64,000 nt of DNA from Porphyridium purpureum (taxonomy: Eukaryota): contig VRMN01000001.1 in NCBI GenBank assembly GCA_008690995.1, positions 2,666,001 through 2,730,000 of the forward strand, read 5' to 3'. The stretch's first letter is position 1. Each line of letters begins with the position of its first letter. Made by a program: the position numbers and the translations under genes. Positions 23,301-33,904 of this stretch are shown here, piece after piece. The notes beneath the pieces are model-generated. The model ran no database searches. It was given only the letters and a program-made list of their open reading frames with translations, and had not been told where the DNA came from.

Positions 23301-24056
23301 GGGCCCCAGTGCCAGTCTACGGACGCCCCATCAATACAGGATATGGATGAAAGTATGGTACGCCTTTTGGCATCACTCGTTCAGGAGATGAGTCTGGCAC
23401 ACTATTCTACGGCAGGTGTGCAGCGAATGATGGCTGCCCTTTTGGTAATCGTGTCTGCCCGAAACGAGCCGCTTGCGCTCTGCGGAGAATCACTTGAGAG
23501 CTTCCTTTTGAGTCGGGCAGCGAATGACAATATGGCGGAGTCACGCCGCACATTTGTGTGCTCTGCATTAGCGCAGCGCGCGCTGGATGTGTTCGGTGTG
23601 GATGAGGATAAAAATACGCCAAGTGAAGGAGAGCTTATTGCAGGTGCATCAGAAACAGCCGAGCTCGCGCCAAGCGTGCGCTATTTTGTGTCGGTCTTTC
23701 AAAGACGTAAGCTGCGAAATGCGGTCGGGTTAAGTGAAGTGATTGCGCAAATGCTGAACCTGATCAGCAAGAAGCCCTATTCACATGCAGATGATCCTAC
23801 TCTGGACGACGGAATAGCCAGTGTCGAACACATGGAGAATTGCGTGCTGCGCTTCCTGAAAGTGTGCCGCATCATGTCTGTGCCAATGTCGGCCACCGAT
23901 GTCGAGCGCTCAGTCTCCGAGCTTGCTACAAAAGTTCAGCAGGCACGCACGGAAGCGAACTCAAAGGCAAGCGCCAAGGTGCCCACACTGCGCCCCGAAA
24001 ATTATGCAGACGACGTTCCTGCGCTGGCGGCACAGTACCGCGCCTTACTGCTTTGA
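20331..24056 (+). CDS. NCAPG2: Condensin-II complex subunit G2
   Basis: 1241-aa HEAT-like protein with IGEVYFMAWK, LLRLYTPTLFQSLHVANASVRMNA..LFVDSFPL and LFHDVSERVR. Confidence 0.88.
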   Translation: MEPAKADMGAMQAELLRVLEQRGDENEGSRPYGMSESVLQYLTVRETQWPSVVESMSRNDAQGLAQGIHAHLCTVLASMERFGRDRVAQLASNDPDIALLQALVQLVLLQLRDKKSSTPPALIECVKLCHEWMMNVPKGRTRNALCRVCEQYCEDGRPTHEALVPRVLSLLLSELRTGDRENADGVKKGSASLVKRIYSLRSCLVGVAMDDDEHRELRDELIASMAHKSVLGCKEGQKLSAQLLSSASLFGEEFVALLHKSLKNQLPFCTTLSMPRAIGEVYFMAWKYATRLSDRVSVSFLEHHCLRDLMESSLYVPSRKTQLAQNLRGVMTVFHAKKQETGVDDTLLRLYTPTLFQSLHVANASVRMNAVHLFVDSFPLVDSNLSQPDFEAAYQAQCEHILKALQDPVVGVRLVAVQGACRVLHLYWSLIPPLVLSAVLRELCHHLAFDAASSAVRLSALEGLKFVLENHESHVALAKGNYLKHLAPLFHDVSERVRLGFMDLLSAVQAKVTIVRFFDVVPVQELLDRLAADKETRMVKSHVSRLLVECYFPLEQGNDQAKPNLARTQLIRCLLLLKQNASAARALYQQIYLLVPADALTRFAKALARALTHAQFPKGLIRDMGGDSIVPFQAQCMELLADVIDGVVSNGTSSDKGKNKNPFLQSLENVLVEQGVLMQLIQGHPESTRFVAACWRVASHLQAECLPLMDSVEHWASELWCMFESKNIAGMIGVLEAAIRWGHNAHLVQVVSGWILAATEDASTDNSNLESTAASKMSHKRRRRGARSAAEPSHVTREEIAGDALRGEQSCIITSAPRETMEKAFLACAVLDHILSRRELHVKWLEDISTEQLHHLTQALTSLVASAARRASLTNATEVRAALLSARALAVVLRIGLLVSCTDQATQASKITAHAVSLSSWPVLAREGMSIATEARASKNHKLWCLLSNVLLALTVQAQSAGLVDMSNYTHLEAILSSLEAVNHVHDETMGPQCQSTDAPSIQDMDESMVRLLASLVQEMSLAHYSTAGVQRMMAALLVIVSARNEPLALCGESLESFLLSRAANDNMAESRRTFVCSALAQRALDVFGVDEDKNTPSEGELIAGASETAELAPSVRYFVSVFQRRKLRNAVGLSEVIAQMLNLISKKPYSHADDPTLDDGIASVEHMENCVLRFLKVCRIMSVPMSATDVERSVSELATKVQQARTEANSKASAKVPTLRPENYADDVPALAAQYRALLL

Positions 24057-24676
24057 CGAAGAAGCGCATCATGGCTATCTCGCACCCAATCACTGTTGAA
24101 GCTACCACAGTTGCAAGACTCAAAACACTCGATGTGGGTTGCGTTTGTACGAATGAATTAAAATGAGCACTTTTCAGGCGTCGGAGCTCGGCTCGGTACG
24201 TCCACTCTGGGCTCCCACTCACCACCCGGTACCGATGAATCACACAAAACCCCCGTCGCATGATCTTCGCTGCCCTGGCGCATGGCATACAAAGCCGGAG
24301 GATTCTTCAATTTCTCCCGCTCCACTCCGAACCGCGTTGTTTGCCCAGAAATCAGGCCGCGTATTCGATACTTCGCCACGTCAACTGGTTCGCTGCCACG
24401 TGGTGCTACATACAGTGGTGAGGATTCTGCGCAAAGCTGGTGCTCTTTGAGACACATATCGCATGACAGTATCGCAAGTAAGCGCGACTGAAGGCTTCTC
24501 GGGAAAAACATACGCGCCACGGAGTTGCAACCTGCAGCGCCCGAGCTGTTCTTCACTGAACACGTTTGGTTTCTCGTGAGTCCACGTTGTGTAAATGTTC
24601 ACTGGGCGCCACGCGCGTCGATATTTAGCGAGAGGAATGCCGTACCATCAAGGTTCGAGACGCACGCAGCCTGGCC

Positions 24677-25114
24677 ATGGGACGGCAACGCACCATGTCG
24701 TCCGACAACTGTGCCGAGAAAGAAGAGGCGCAGTGCTTCACGGATGGCTGTGATCAAAGGCGGTCGTCCTGCGAAGATTTGAACCTGCTCCAGAGCCAGA
24801 GACTCAGCCTGAGAATGTCGTCGTCTGAATCATCTCTTCATACAAATGGGTCAGGAACATCAGTGAGCGAAACTCCTGAAGATAGATGCTTGAAGTGGTT
24901 CGCCAGGACTTCTGCGGCATGGACGGCTCACAGACTGCCAAAGTTCCAGCCAAGTTTGGAGACGATTCCGGAAGTGGACGACGAGGCTTCGTACTCCTCG
25001 TCAGACGAAGATGAAAATCGATGTAAACTCGACCTTCCCATTCGAGCAAGCGAAGCGCAAGACGCTGTCACACGCAAGCGAACGTGTACTCGTGGGGAAG
25101 TTTCTAAGTTATGA
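24677..25114 (+). CDS. Small hypothetical acidic/Ser-rich protein
   Basis: 145-aa ATG ORF containing FQPSLETIPEVDDE. Confidence 0.45.
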   Translation: MGRQRTMSSDNCAEKEEAQCFTDGCDQRRSSCEDLNLLQSQRLSLRMSSSESSLHTNGSGTSVSETPEDRCLKWFARTSAAWTAHRLPKFQPSLETIPEVDDEASYSSSDEDENRCKLDLPIRASEAQDAVTRKRTCTRGEVSKL

Positions 25115-25295
25115 GAATGTGTCAAAATTTAAAAGTTGATGCAGCCCAGTCTCGCCATACGCTTTCACCACTTCAGCCGCCTTCTTCAAAACCTGTGCTG
25201 GTCTCCACAGTCAGGTTGAAAGCGGCTTGAATTTTCACATGATTGCGTCCAGAAGCAATACAACGCACGTGGCCCTTCCTAATCGTGGTTGCCTG

Positions 25296-26033
25296 TCAAG
25301 CACTCTCGCTATCGTCGTCCTCACGAGAGACTTGCCACAAGCCGTCTACAAGAGCAGAAGCCGGACTTGTGTCATCGCCAAGACCTGCGTTTTCCTTTTG
25401 GGCTTCTCTTTGCAACGCACGCTGCTTCACGCCTGCCGCGACAGCCTGCTCCATTCTATGTCTTCTCTTTTGCGACTCTGATTGTGCATCTTCGCTCGGC
25501 ACACATGTCTCCGCATGGGAACGCTTCTGAGCTCGTTGTCGCTCACTTTCAGCAAGCGCTTCGCGCTTCACAATGGTGCGAGCGTTTCGCTGCATGTTTA
25601 CCTCTGTGGCACGCTCATCTTGTCCTGCTGATGGAGAGTTCTGGAAGATTGGTCCAGCGCTTCCATTAGCGGCCGCGACCTGACGAAGAGTGCCCAAGCG
25701 TCGCCCCTGCAGGTCGCGACACTCGTCATCCGGCACAGGGTGGCGGATTTTGCCCTTTCCTTTCAGCAGCGCTCCGAAACCTCCTTTCCCACCACATAAG
25801 CGCAGCCGTACTTGCACACATGTTCCAGCTTCCAGCTGTGGCTTGTCGTCGACACGACATAAGGCACCACCAATGGAATACCACCACGAGAAGTTAGACT
25901 TCGCGGATCCAAGGACTGCGCAATCCAGCTTTAAACATTCGTCCACGCCGGCCAGCGACGCCACGCGTTTGTCCTGGCGTTCCAGGCTCACAAGGTGCAC
26001 GCCTTGCTTACACACGCAGCTCACCAGAATCAT
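25296..26033 (-). CDS. SDE2: SDE2 homologue (ubiquitin-fold splicing/replication-stress regulator)
   Basis: Diagnostic RLCGG|KGGFG cleavage motif followed by CRDLQGRRL. Confidence 0.9.
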   Translation of the reverse strand: MILVSCVCKQGVHLVSLERQDKRVASLAGVDECLKLDCAVLGSAKSNFSWWYSIGGALCRVDDKPQLEAGTCVQVRLRLCGGKGGFGALLKGKGKIRHPVPDDECRDLQGRRLGTLRQVAAANGSAGPIFQNSPSAGQDERATEVNMQRNARTIVKREALAESERQRAQKRSHAETCVPSEDAQSESQKRRHRMEQAVAAGVKQRALQREAQKENAGLGDDTSPASALVDGLWQVSREDDDSESA

Positions 26034-26162
26034 CCTGCTCTTGAAGCATTCCTTTTCTTCCCTGCTGCAACGACATCACTCGATTCCCAAAGTTCGGAAG
26101 CGAGTGTGAGAAGACACAGAGAGGAAAGAGAGAGGGTATAGGAGTCAGAGCGAGTGTACAAT

Positions 26163-27272
26163 ATGCGGGTGGGCATTCTTGGCGCAGGAATCTTCGCGTC
26201 AGAGTCGCATTTCCCGGTTTGGCGGCGGCTTGCCGGCGGCGACAAGGACGCAGAAGCCAAAGTGGAGATCGTGGTCGTCTGGAGTCGTTCCGAATCCTCT
26301 GCCAGCGCACTTGCGCGCAAATACTCTGAAGTCTCTCCATGCGACTGTATGTTCGGGAGCGATGCACTGGATATTTTACTGAAGCGCGAAGGATACGTGG
26401 ACGCGGTGTGTATTGCGTTGCCTATCGCAGTGCAGCCGCAGGTAGTTGTCCAAGCGCTGCAGGCTGGCAAACACGTGCTCTGTGAGAAGCCGCTCGCTGG
26501 TAGCATGTCAGAGGCGCGTGCTTTGATCGAGCAGTACAAAGCGATGACCGCAGCGAATGCCAATGCACCGCACTTGTGTATTGCCGAAAATTTCAGGTTT
26601 GAGCAGGTTTACAGGGACGCGCTGGCCACAATCAAATCGGCGCCGTTCGGCAAAGTGCTCGAAGTGTCACTGGTGGCGCATGTTCCCTTCCTCAAGGACT
26701 CCAAGTATGAAAAGACCGACTGGCGCCGAGCTTCGTCACACGAGGGCGGGATATTGCTCGACTCTGGTGTTCACATGGCTGCCGCTCTTCGGCTGCTGGC
26801 CGGCAGTGAGGCTGAGTCAGTATCTGGTGTTGTCAAGAAAAAGAGTCCACATTTGCCAAAAGCGGACACGTTGGCAGCAGTCATTGAGACACGTGCAGGC
26901 GTCACGATCACCTTCCATGCGAGCTATGCGTGTCGCACGCGCAAGTTTCAGTTGTGTGTACTCGGAGAGAACGGTTGCGTGACCATGGAGCGCGGAGAGC
27001 ACAGCGAACGAGGAGAGCATGGGTATTTTATTTCCGTTGAGCTGGACGGATCGGACGGCCCAAGCCCAAAGACCTTTGTCCCATTCACGGGGATCGACAA
27101 TGAAATTGAGGGCTTTGTTTCGCTCCTCTCGGCCGACACGGCGTCGCAAGACATCGCCCGCACGAAGCACTTGCTCAGTGCCGAAGAGGCGTTCTACGAC
27201 TTTGCTCTCATTTCGGACATTCTTCGGTCGAGCGAACAAGGCGGCAGCGCGGTCCAGGCATCCAGTTTGTAG
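26163..27272 (+). CDS. Gfo/Idh/MocA family NAD(P)-dependent oxidoreductase
   Basis: GILGAG, AGKHVLCEKP, AENFRF and GGILLDSGVH. Confidence 0.92.
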   Translation: MRVGILGAGIFASESHFPVWRRLAGGDKDAEAKVEIVVVWSRSESSASALARKYSEVSPCDCMFGSDALDILLKREGYVDAVCIALPIAVQPQVVVQALQAGKHVLCEKPLAGSMSEARALIEQYKAMTAANANAPHLCIAENFRFEQVYRDALATIKSAPFGKVLEVSLVAHVPFLKDSKYEKTDWRRASSHEGGILLDSGVHMAAALRLLAGSEAESVSGVVKKKSPHLPKADTLAAVIETRAGVTITFHASYACRTRKFQLCVLGENGCVTMERGEHSERGEHGYFISVELDGSDGPSPKTFVPFTGIDNEIEGFVSLLSADTASQDIARTKHLLSAEEAFYDFALISDILRSSEQGGSAVQASSL

Positions 27273-27292
27273 GACGCGTGTGAAAGAGAGCC

Positions 27293-27517
27293 TCAGCGGG
27301 ACTCGCGTGCCGACCGCTCAAAGTTATCGTACTGCAGAAGTTTCTCAATCAAATCTACGTGTGTTAGCAGCATGCGGCGGCAACAATACCGCTTGAGCGC
27401 CAGCGCGTCTAGCGCCTCGCCCTCTGTCTTGTCTTCCATCTTGAGCAGCCTGATGTACGCGTCGTACTTGTTCCCGATCACTTTCCCGCAGGTGAAACAG
27501 CGCACCGGAATGATCAT
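27293..27517 (-). CDS. RPB10: RNA polymerases I/II/III subunit RPABC5
   Basis: [17 protein letters not shown]...[19 protein letters not shown]; 74 aa from the ATG at 27517. Confidence 0.97.
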   Translation of the reverse strand: MIIPVRCFTCGKVIGNKYDAYIRLLKMEDKTEGEALDALALKRYCCRRMLLTHVDLIEKLLQYDNFERSARESR

Positions 27518-27848
27518 GTTTTCTAGCGTCGCAGGTGGGATACGCGGGGCGGCCTCAACCAACCGTCTGTCGCCCGCACGCGCCTCAACAATACTTCCAA
27601 CAAACCGCACAACTTCTTCAGCCGCGGCCTCTGCGCACGCTGCCGTAGCGACGACCTTGTCCTTTTGTACGTACGCCAAGGGCATTACAGTTATCACTAG
27701 AAACAGGTCACTATGGAACAAAAGGCCGAGGCATTGAAATGTAATGCGAAACTTCTTTGACATGGCAAGACGGGAGACGGGGAGACTCAGTTGGGTGGCG
27801 AAGAAGCAGGCGTCCGGTGCGCACAAGCGCAGTCAGAGTGTCCGCGGG

Positions 27849-28550
27849 ATGGAAGCGGGAGCACTTCCGGCAGGAGTGGGAGCTGGATCAGGTGCGCCGG
27901 CTGGATCGGCGGGGTATGGCGCAGCGATGGCGGTGGCCGCAGCAGCACCGGGAGCGCAGGCGAGCCCGACGCCTGGTTCCACTTTGAATATTTTGGACCA
28001 GCCCTTGGCGCGGCAGCGTGGGGAAGTGAGCTTGTCGGCGTACCTTCTTCTCTTCTGTGAACTTGTGGCGTACAGCAGGAACCGAGTAAGCTCGGTTGTA
28101 GCGCTTGAGGCGCGGCTCGCGGCCGTCGGTTACAGGGTTGGCGAGCGTGCGTTGGAGTATGTATGCGCAAAGAGCGGAAAACCTTTGCCTCGAGAAACAA
28201 GAATCCTTGGTATTTTGAACTTCGTGGTGACCAATTTGTGGCGCTTTCTCTTCGGGAAGAACGCAGACTCGCTGAAAAAGGTCGGGAACTCGGATGCCGA
28301 GTTCTACATTGAGGAGGTGGAGCCACTTGTCAACACGTTTGTGAGCGTGCCAAAGGACTTTGGAGCGCTCAATTGTGCGGCATTCCAGGGAGGTATCGTG
28401 CACGGAATACTTTCTGCGGCCGGATTCGAGTGCGAGGTCACCACATACGTACGCGATGATTCCTCCAAGCCGGGCTCTGCCGAAGTCACTATGTATTACA
28501 TTAAGTTTTCGAACGAGGTTATCCAGCGTGAGCGGAGACTTGCCGGTTAG
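27849..28550 (+). CDS. TRAPPC5: TRAPP complex subunit 5 (Trs31)
   Basis: NILDQPL, EVSLSAYLLLFCELVAYS, LWRFLFGKNADSL and FVSVPKDFGALNCAAF. Confidence 0.92.
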   Translation: MEAGALPAGVGAGSGAPAGSAGYGAAMAVAAAAPGAQASPTPGSTLNILDQPLARQRGEVSLSAYLLLFCELVAYSRNRVSSVVALEARLAAVGYRVGERALEYVCAKSGKPLPRETRILGILNFVVTNLWRFLFGKNADSLKKVGNSDAEFYIEEVEPLVNTFVSVPKDFGALNCAAFQGGIVHGILSAAGFECEVTTYVRDDSSKPGSAEVTMYYIKFSNEVIQRERRLAG

Positions 28551-28617
28551 CGGTGAGGGTCGACTCTGGTCTTTCGTGCTTTTGAGAGTTTGCTTTCTGT
28601 ACAAAACAAGTTGCATG

Positions 28618-30465
28618 TCACTTCTTCGCTTTTACCTGACAATCGTGTTCCTCCATGCGGCGTTTCGACGAAAAGCGCGACTGACACAAAGTGCACGAGT
28701 ACGGCTTGTCCGTGGCGTGCTTGCGAATACAGTGCCGCTTCAAATTACTCTCGCGTCCAAAAAGACAGTGGCAATATGGACAGATAAAGTCTTTGCGGTG
28801 AAGATGCGCGGCCGCAATATGACGCTTCATATCATACTTCTTCCGAAAAACAAACGAGCAATACTGGCACGTGAATGTTTCGTCGTCATCCCCTCTTTGG
28901 TCCAAACCATTGTGGAACTTGAAGATTGAACTGCGCCATTTTTGCATGGCGCTCAGCGCGCCCATGACTTTGAGATCTGGTAATTGCTCGAGCAAGAAGC
29001 CGACATCGTTAGCTAATTCGAGGCCGTCATCATTTGCCAAAGTTTCTTCTCTCATTGAAATTTCCGACAGCCGCTTCGAAAGATCCTCAAAGCTCATCAT
29101 GTGATGGAGTGAACCTGATGACGTGTCTTCGCCTGAGCGTGCGTCACCACGAAAACCTGCATCTCTATCTTTTTCGTCCTCGGTGGTAGAAAACAACGAA
29201 GCCGACATTGTCCCGACCTCGTTCCCCTGTCTATTGGGCGATGAAAAATCGCTGTCTCTTGCAAGGTCCTGGAGTTCAATTAAATTGATCAGAGCCTGGC
29301 GTTTCAGCTCTGAGTGCCGTCCTTTCAGAAAGGTCAGCGTGCGTCTGCACGAATAAGTCGACACTGACCGAAGCTTTGCGTCCGGATCAACGACAGACAC
29401 AGTCCACGTAAAATTCTGCGGGACTCGCGAAAGTAGCTGCCGCACGGCTTCAGGGTCACTCGGAGGACAAAGCTGGATAATGCGCGGCATCGCTTGTTCG
29501 GAAATTTGCACAGCCCACTTGATCGGCTTGCTGGGTAACAAGCCGTCCGACTCCAAGTATTTCAGCAGCATCCCCATTACGCAAGACATATTCTGGTCCA
29601 CCCTGATCATGCTCACCAAAAGGTCGTCTGACGAGGTCCATATGAATGTGTACTGGACATATTCCAGCTTTTCTGCATCCCACTTTGATGCGAATCGGTT
29701 GTACCGGCTTAGTGTTTCGTTGCGTCCGCGCATGATGGCGATTTCGCACAGATTACGCGGACCAACGCTGAAGAAAGTGCCCAGCTCGGACTCCCCATAC
29801 TTGCAATACACCATGCGAAGCATCTCGACTGTATAAACATCATCCTCAGAGTGGTGCCGTCCACCAAACAGACCTCGCGTCGGCGCACGACGATACATTT
29901 TGGAGGCGGCAGATTTAGCTGCTCCAGCGGCCGCGCCGAGAAACCCACCTCGTCCGCTAGCAGCGAGCCTCTCGACGCTTTCGGAGCTTGACGAGCTGGG
30001 CTCCTCCGCACAGTCTTGAGCGGCCTCCGATGTGTGAGCGTCTGCAACACGAACCTGCAGCGCTTCGTAAATATCATCTGCAGTCAATTCATTCACAGGC
30101 TCGCGGTTTACCAAAAAATCGACAATTACGTGATCCTCGAGCAGCTCTTCCATCATGCGCAACGAGGTCTTGAAGTTGTCGGAAAGCCGTGCGTCCATTT
30201 CCGCCGCTGGGATCTCCCGCCCGGGACCAAAGGAATGATGACCTTTCAAAACAGAGAGGCCTGGTGCTGGGATTTTAGTGCCCGACACACACGGACTTCC
30301 TGAGTCGCCCAGTCCCGGCTCGGGTTCCACGCCAAAGTCCCCCGCGTCGGACGCGAAGTCCATTTCCGCCACAGAACCAGACGTACCGAATTCATTGTCA
30401 TACTTTTCCACTGCGTCCACAAATCCAAACCAGCCGGTGCTGTGCCGGGAAGTGCGTGACGCCAT
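28618..30465 (-). CDS. C2H2 zinc-finger protein with three C-terminal fingers
   Basis: CQYC..HIAAAH, CPYC..HCIRKH and CTLC..HDC, with TDKPY linker. Confidence 0.88.
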   Translation of the reverse strand: MASRTSRHSTGWFGFVDAVEKYDNEFGTSGSVAEMDFASDAGDFGVEPEPGLGDSGSPCVSGTKIPAPGLSVLKGHHSFGPGREIPAAEMDARLSDNFKTSLRMMEELLEDHVIVDFLVNREPVNELTADDIYEALQVRVADAHTSEAAQDCAEEPSSSSSESVERLAASGRGGFLGAAAGAAKSAASKMYRRAPTRGLFGGRHHSEDDVYTVEMLRMVYCKYGESELGTFFSVGPRNLCEIAIMRGRNETLSRYNRFASKWDAEKLEYVQYTFIWTSSDDLLVSMIRVDQNMSCVMGMLLKYLESDGLLPSKPIKWAVQISEQAMPRIIQLCPPSDPEAVRQLLSRVPQNFTWTVSVVDPDAKLRSVSTYSCRRTLTFLKGRHSELKRQALINLIELQDLARDSDFSSPNRQGNEVGTMSASLFSTTEDEKDRDAGFRGDARSGEDTSSGSLHHMMSFEDLSKRLSEISMREETLANDDGLELANDVGFLLEQLPDLKVMGALSAMQKWRSSIFKFHNGLDQRGDDDETFTCQYCSFVFRKKYDMKRHIAAAHLHRKDFICPYCHCLFGRESNLKRHCIRKHATDKPYSCTLCQSRFSSKRRMEEHDCQVKAKK

Positions 30466-32233
30466 TGCGAACGTGTGTGCTCCTTGCCTATTTGTTCGAG
30501 CCCCGAAATTCCGCTAGTCGTTTCTCTTTCCTGTGCGCTTTCTTTCGGCCGATTTTTCTCCGCCTTGCTTTCAAGTCTACCGCGCACGCGCCTCCGTTCG
30601 CAGTAACCTGCGCCACGTTCGCGCGTGTGTGCAAGGCGCGCGCACCGCGGCAAGGTCCACGTAGTTCTCAAGGTACCAGGCATCCCCCGATGTCCGAAGT
30701 GACTGGTTGCCGAGCCCGCAAGGGTTAGGAATTTACCCGCTTTCCTTTCAAAATGAACATGAATTTGTGAGCTTCAAAAATAAGTGGAAGAACTTCCTGC
30801 CGCAAACGCAAAACCCACAACGCGGGTACCTACAGGGCCTGTGCCTAGATTGCACCAGGCACCGCACGTGGGGAATAGTTTGAGAGACCCAGTAGATCAG
30901 AAGCCCACGGATGGTCGCATCCTCGTACAACGGATTACAAGATGTGACCGAACGACAAAGCCGCTGCCAAGGCACGATCGTATGCAAAACCGGAGCCGCA
31001 GTGCTCTGACGGGCACCATTTGGCGCGAGACTCTCCATGACACGAGGGCTGCGCGGGCCGATATACGTCCCGTTAGAATGCAAGCAAGCATTTTAACCCT
31101 CCACAAGGCACACTGCACTGCGAGTATCTCTAACATCGGCGCGCTTGTTGGCGCTCTCAAATACAGCTGCACAACTAGTGCGTTTCGCGACGTGCTAGTG
31201 CGCCGCTGCAAAGAGATCTCGTCCTTTTTTCCACAAGTAGCGCTCTGATCACCTGTGCGACTCCGGCTCGCCGTGCAACCAGCAATCAGGCCATCCAAAG
31301 CAGACCGAGGCACTAGCTGGCCAAACGCCGTGGGCTTGCATACCAACAGAGCATGATCTCGGACGTTCAAAACTCTAGCCCATGCCCCCTCGAAAGCAGC
31401 CTTAGGATGCTAATCTACATGCTCTCAGTCTCAGATCCTTCTGAAACAAAAGACGGTATCGCCGCCTCGACTTGTCCCACAAACCAAGCACGGGACCCCT
31501 GCAAAACATGTAGCGAGCCATTCTCATTCGCGCTGGGAGTCCGTACATAAAGAAGTGGGCAAGTGGCTTGCATGAGCATCTGCCGCACACCGCTGCGCAA
31601 GAGTATGGGAGGAGCGTCGCGTGCAATCGGTGCTTTCGCTTAATATATCTGATGAGCTGAGGAGTCCTCCATTTTGTTGCAGAGTGCCATGAAACAGCGC
31701 CGAAGAGATAAGATTGTCGAGTCTCGCCATCTTGGAAACTTGCACACTGGTGCGGAGCTCCCATGCATTTCGTTTGGTCACGCATTTTGAGCGCCGCAAT
31801 CACTGATGCGTCTAACGGATCGGAGCCAGCTGGCTCCAGCTCGCACCTATGCGATTCTACCTGCACTCGAAGCAAAGTGTGCTGAAAGCAGGCGCGCGCT
31901 GCAGCGACAACGAGAAGCAACCACAGCCATGTGAACTATTTCGAATGCAGCGATGTCGCTCGCGCTCACTGCCTTATTTTGTCCATACTCCGTATCACTC
32001 CGGCATCGCGAGCCGCGCTGAACGAGCGCACCGCGTGCCGCTAGACATGAGCCTCAGGTACCTGGTCGGTTTCATTTGCAGCTTTTGTTCTGATTTGATT
32101 CGTCGTGCTTATAAATTCAGACCAATTTTACCTCGTTTGTGCGCTGGGTGTGGGCACGTGTTTTGAACTGGCGCACGAAAGAGGCGTGGGACAGGTGGGT
32201 GTCAGGTGTTGGAGAGGACCTGTTGTGGACAAA

Positions 32234-33106
32234 ATGCTCACGGTGGAGTATCACATTCCGGTGCCGCTCACCACCGAGGAGTACCGGATTGGGATGATGT
32301 ATATGATTGCCAAGTCGTCGCTGCAGGAGGCGATGGCGGCACAGGACGCCGCAGTCAGCAAGGCGTCGCGACCAATACACATCCGGCGCAACGAGCCGTA
32401 CTACGCAAATGAGCACGGCCTGCCAAATCCAGGGCAGTATACTGAGAAGAAGTATAACCTGCGCGCACACTTGCCAAAGTTCGTCGCGGCGATGGTGCCC
32501 GAGTCCGCGAGCTACGTAGTCGAGTATGCCTGGAATGCCTTCCCGGTGTGCCGCACGACGTACGAGGCGCCCATGTTTGGTGAAAAGTTTGTCCTCACCA
32601 TCGACTCTATTTATGCGGATGACCAGACAGCCGCGAGCAACAAGTTTGGATTGTCAAAGAAAGAGCTGAGCGAGCGGCAGGTATGCCTGCTGGATATGTG
32701 CAGCGAAGAGTTCGTGCCGTTTGAATCAAACAGCAGTGAAAATCCAACCTTATGGAAGTCGACCAAGGCTTCGCGCGGAGGCATTAAGAAAGATTTTTGG
32801 AAGACGGCGGTATCGAGCCGCGCTTCGTTCCCTCTCATGTACGCTTACAAGCTTGTGCGCCTGGAGTTTCGCAAGCTCGGGCTGCAGACCAAAGTGGAGC
32901 AGTGGGGGCAGCGCTATGGCATGCGTAACAACTTTATCCGATACACGCGCCGCATCGTGTGTTGGGCGGATGAGTGGTATGGCTTGTCAATGGAAGATGT
33001 GCGACAGATGGAAGATCAGGCGACAGCTTTAACAGGGAGAACAAGTACCGACACAGAGGACGTAGAGCTGGAGTGCGACCAACCGGCCGTAGAGGTTGCA
33101 GTCTAA
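32234..33106 (+). CDS. Phosphatidylinositol transfer protein (START-like PITP)
   Basis: EYHIPVPLTTEEYRIG, GQYTEKKY, EYAWNAFP.CRT.Y, MYAYKLV and CWADEWYGLSMEDVR. Confidence 0.93.
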   Translation: MLTVEYHIPVPLTTEEYRIGMMYMIAKSSLQEAMAAQDAAVSKASRPIHIRRNEPYYANEHGLPNPGQYTEKKYNLRAHLPKFVAAMVPESASYVVEYAWNAFPVCRTTYEAPMFGEKFVLTIDSIYADDQTAASNKFGLSKKELSERQVCLLDMCSEEFVPFESNSSENPTLWKSTKASRGGIKKDFWKTAVSSRASFPLMYAYKLVRLEFRKLGLQTKVEQWGQRYGMRNNFIRYTRRIVCWADEWYGLSMEDVRQMEDQATALTGRTSTDTEDVELECDQPAVEVAV

Positions 33107-33469
33107 TATAGGCTGCTGCAGACGGTGCTAATAAAATTTGGAAAGGTGCTGTGCGGGGCCCTTCTTTTCATGGTACCATACGGGGCTAGGTCGCAGAACC
33201 TCGTTCGAGTGCAACCAGGAGCGCATGATTCTATTGGGACACCACTGGCAAGCACAGAAAAGCGGGAACTGTGGAAAGGACCATTTTGTGAAATACTTTC
33301 ATTTATGAAATAAGTCTACTGCTTGGCGCACGGTTCTCGCGCACTGCGATACGATAAGCATGATCAAGGCCAAGGGAAAGGCGAAAGTGCGAGAAGCCTG
33401 CGCAGCTGCTCTAAATTCAGATAGTGTGCCTGCCGGCTTTCTTGCCCAGGGTGCTTATCGATCTTTCCG

Positions 33470-33904
33470 TTAGGAGGTGATGCGCTTGAGCACGACCGGG
33501 TAGCTGATTTCGTCTTCGTCCGTAGCCTGAACCTGACGCTGGATGTCTGGGACCGCGTTCAAAATACACTCCTGACTAGACGCGTAAATCATTTTCTCGC
33601 GCACTTTGCTGGTCTCGGATGACCAGAGGATTAAGATCACCTTGCTGTGCGTGATCGTTGCGCTCGACTGCCACTGGAAATCGTAGAGGATGTAGCGACA
33701 TCCATGCTCTGGCAGCATGTCCACCATTTCCTTGTACGCGGGCCCTGGGTCGACCATATCCTGCAGCGCCGGGAGCGTAGACTCGACCTCGACGGAGGTG
33801 AAATCCGGCGTGATTTTGGCGATCACGGCGCGGTACTTGTGGCCGTGCACGAGCCCGTCGAACTCGGCCTTGAGCTTCTCCGGAACATTGATATTCGACG
33901 CCAT
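33470..33904 (-). CDS. ADF: Cofilin / actin-depolymerising factor
   Basis: CRYILYDF, KVREKMIYASS and VQATDEDEI. Confidence 0.95.
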   Translation of the reverse strand: MASNINVPEKLKAEFDGLVHGHKYRAVIAKITPDFTSVEVESTLPALQDMVDPGPAYKEMVDMLPEHGCRYILYDFQWQSSATITHSKVILILWSSETSKVREKMIYASSQECILNAVPDIQRQVQATDEDEISYPVVLKRITS

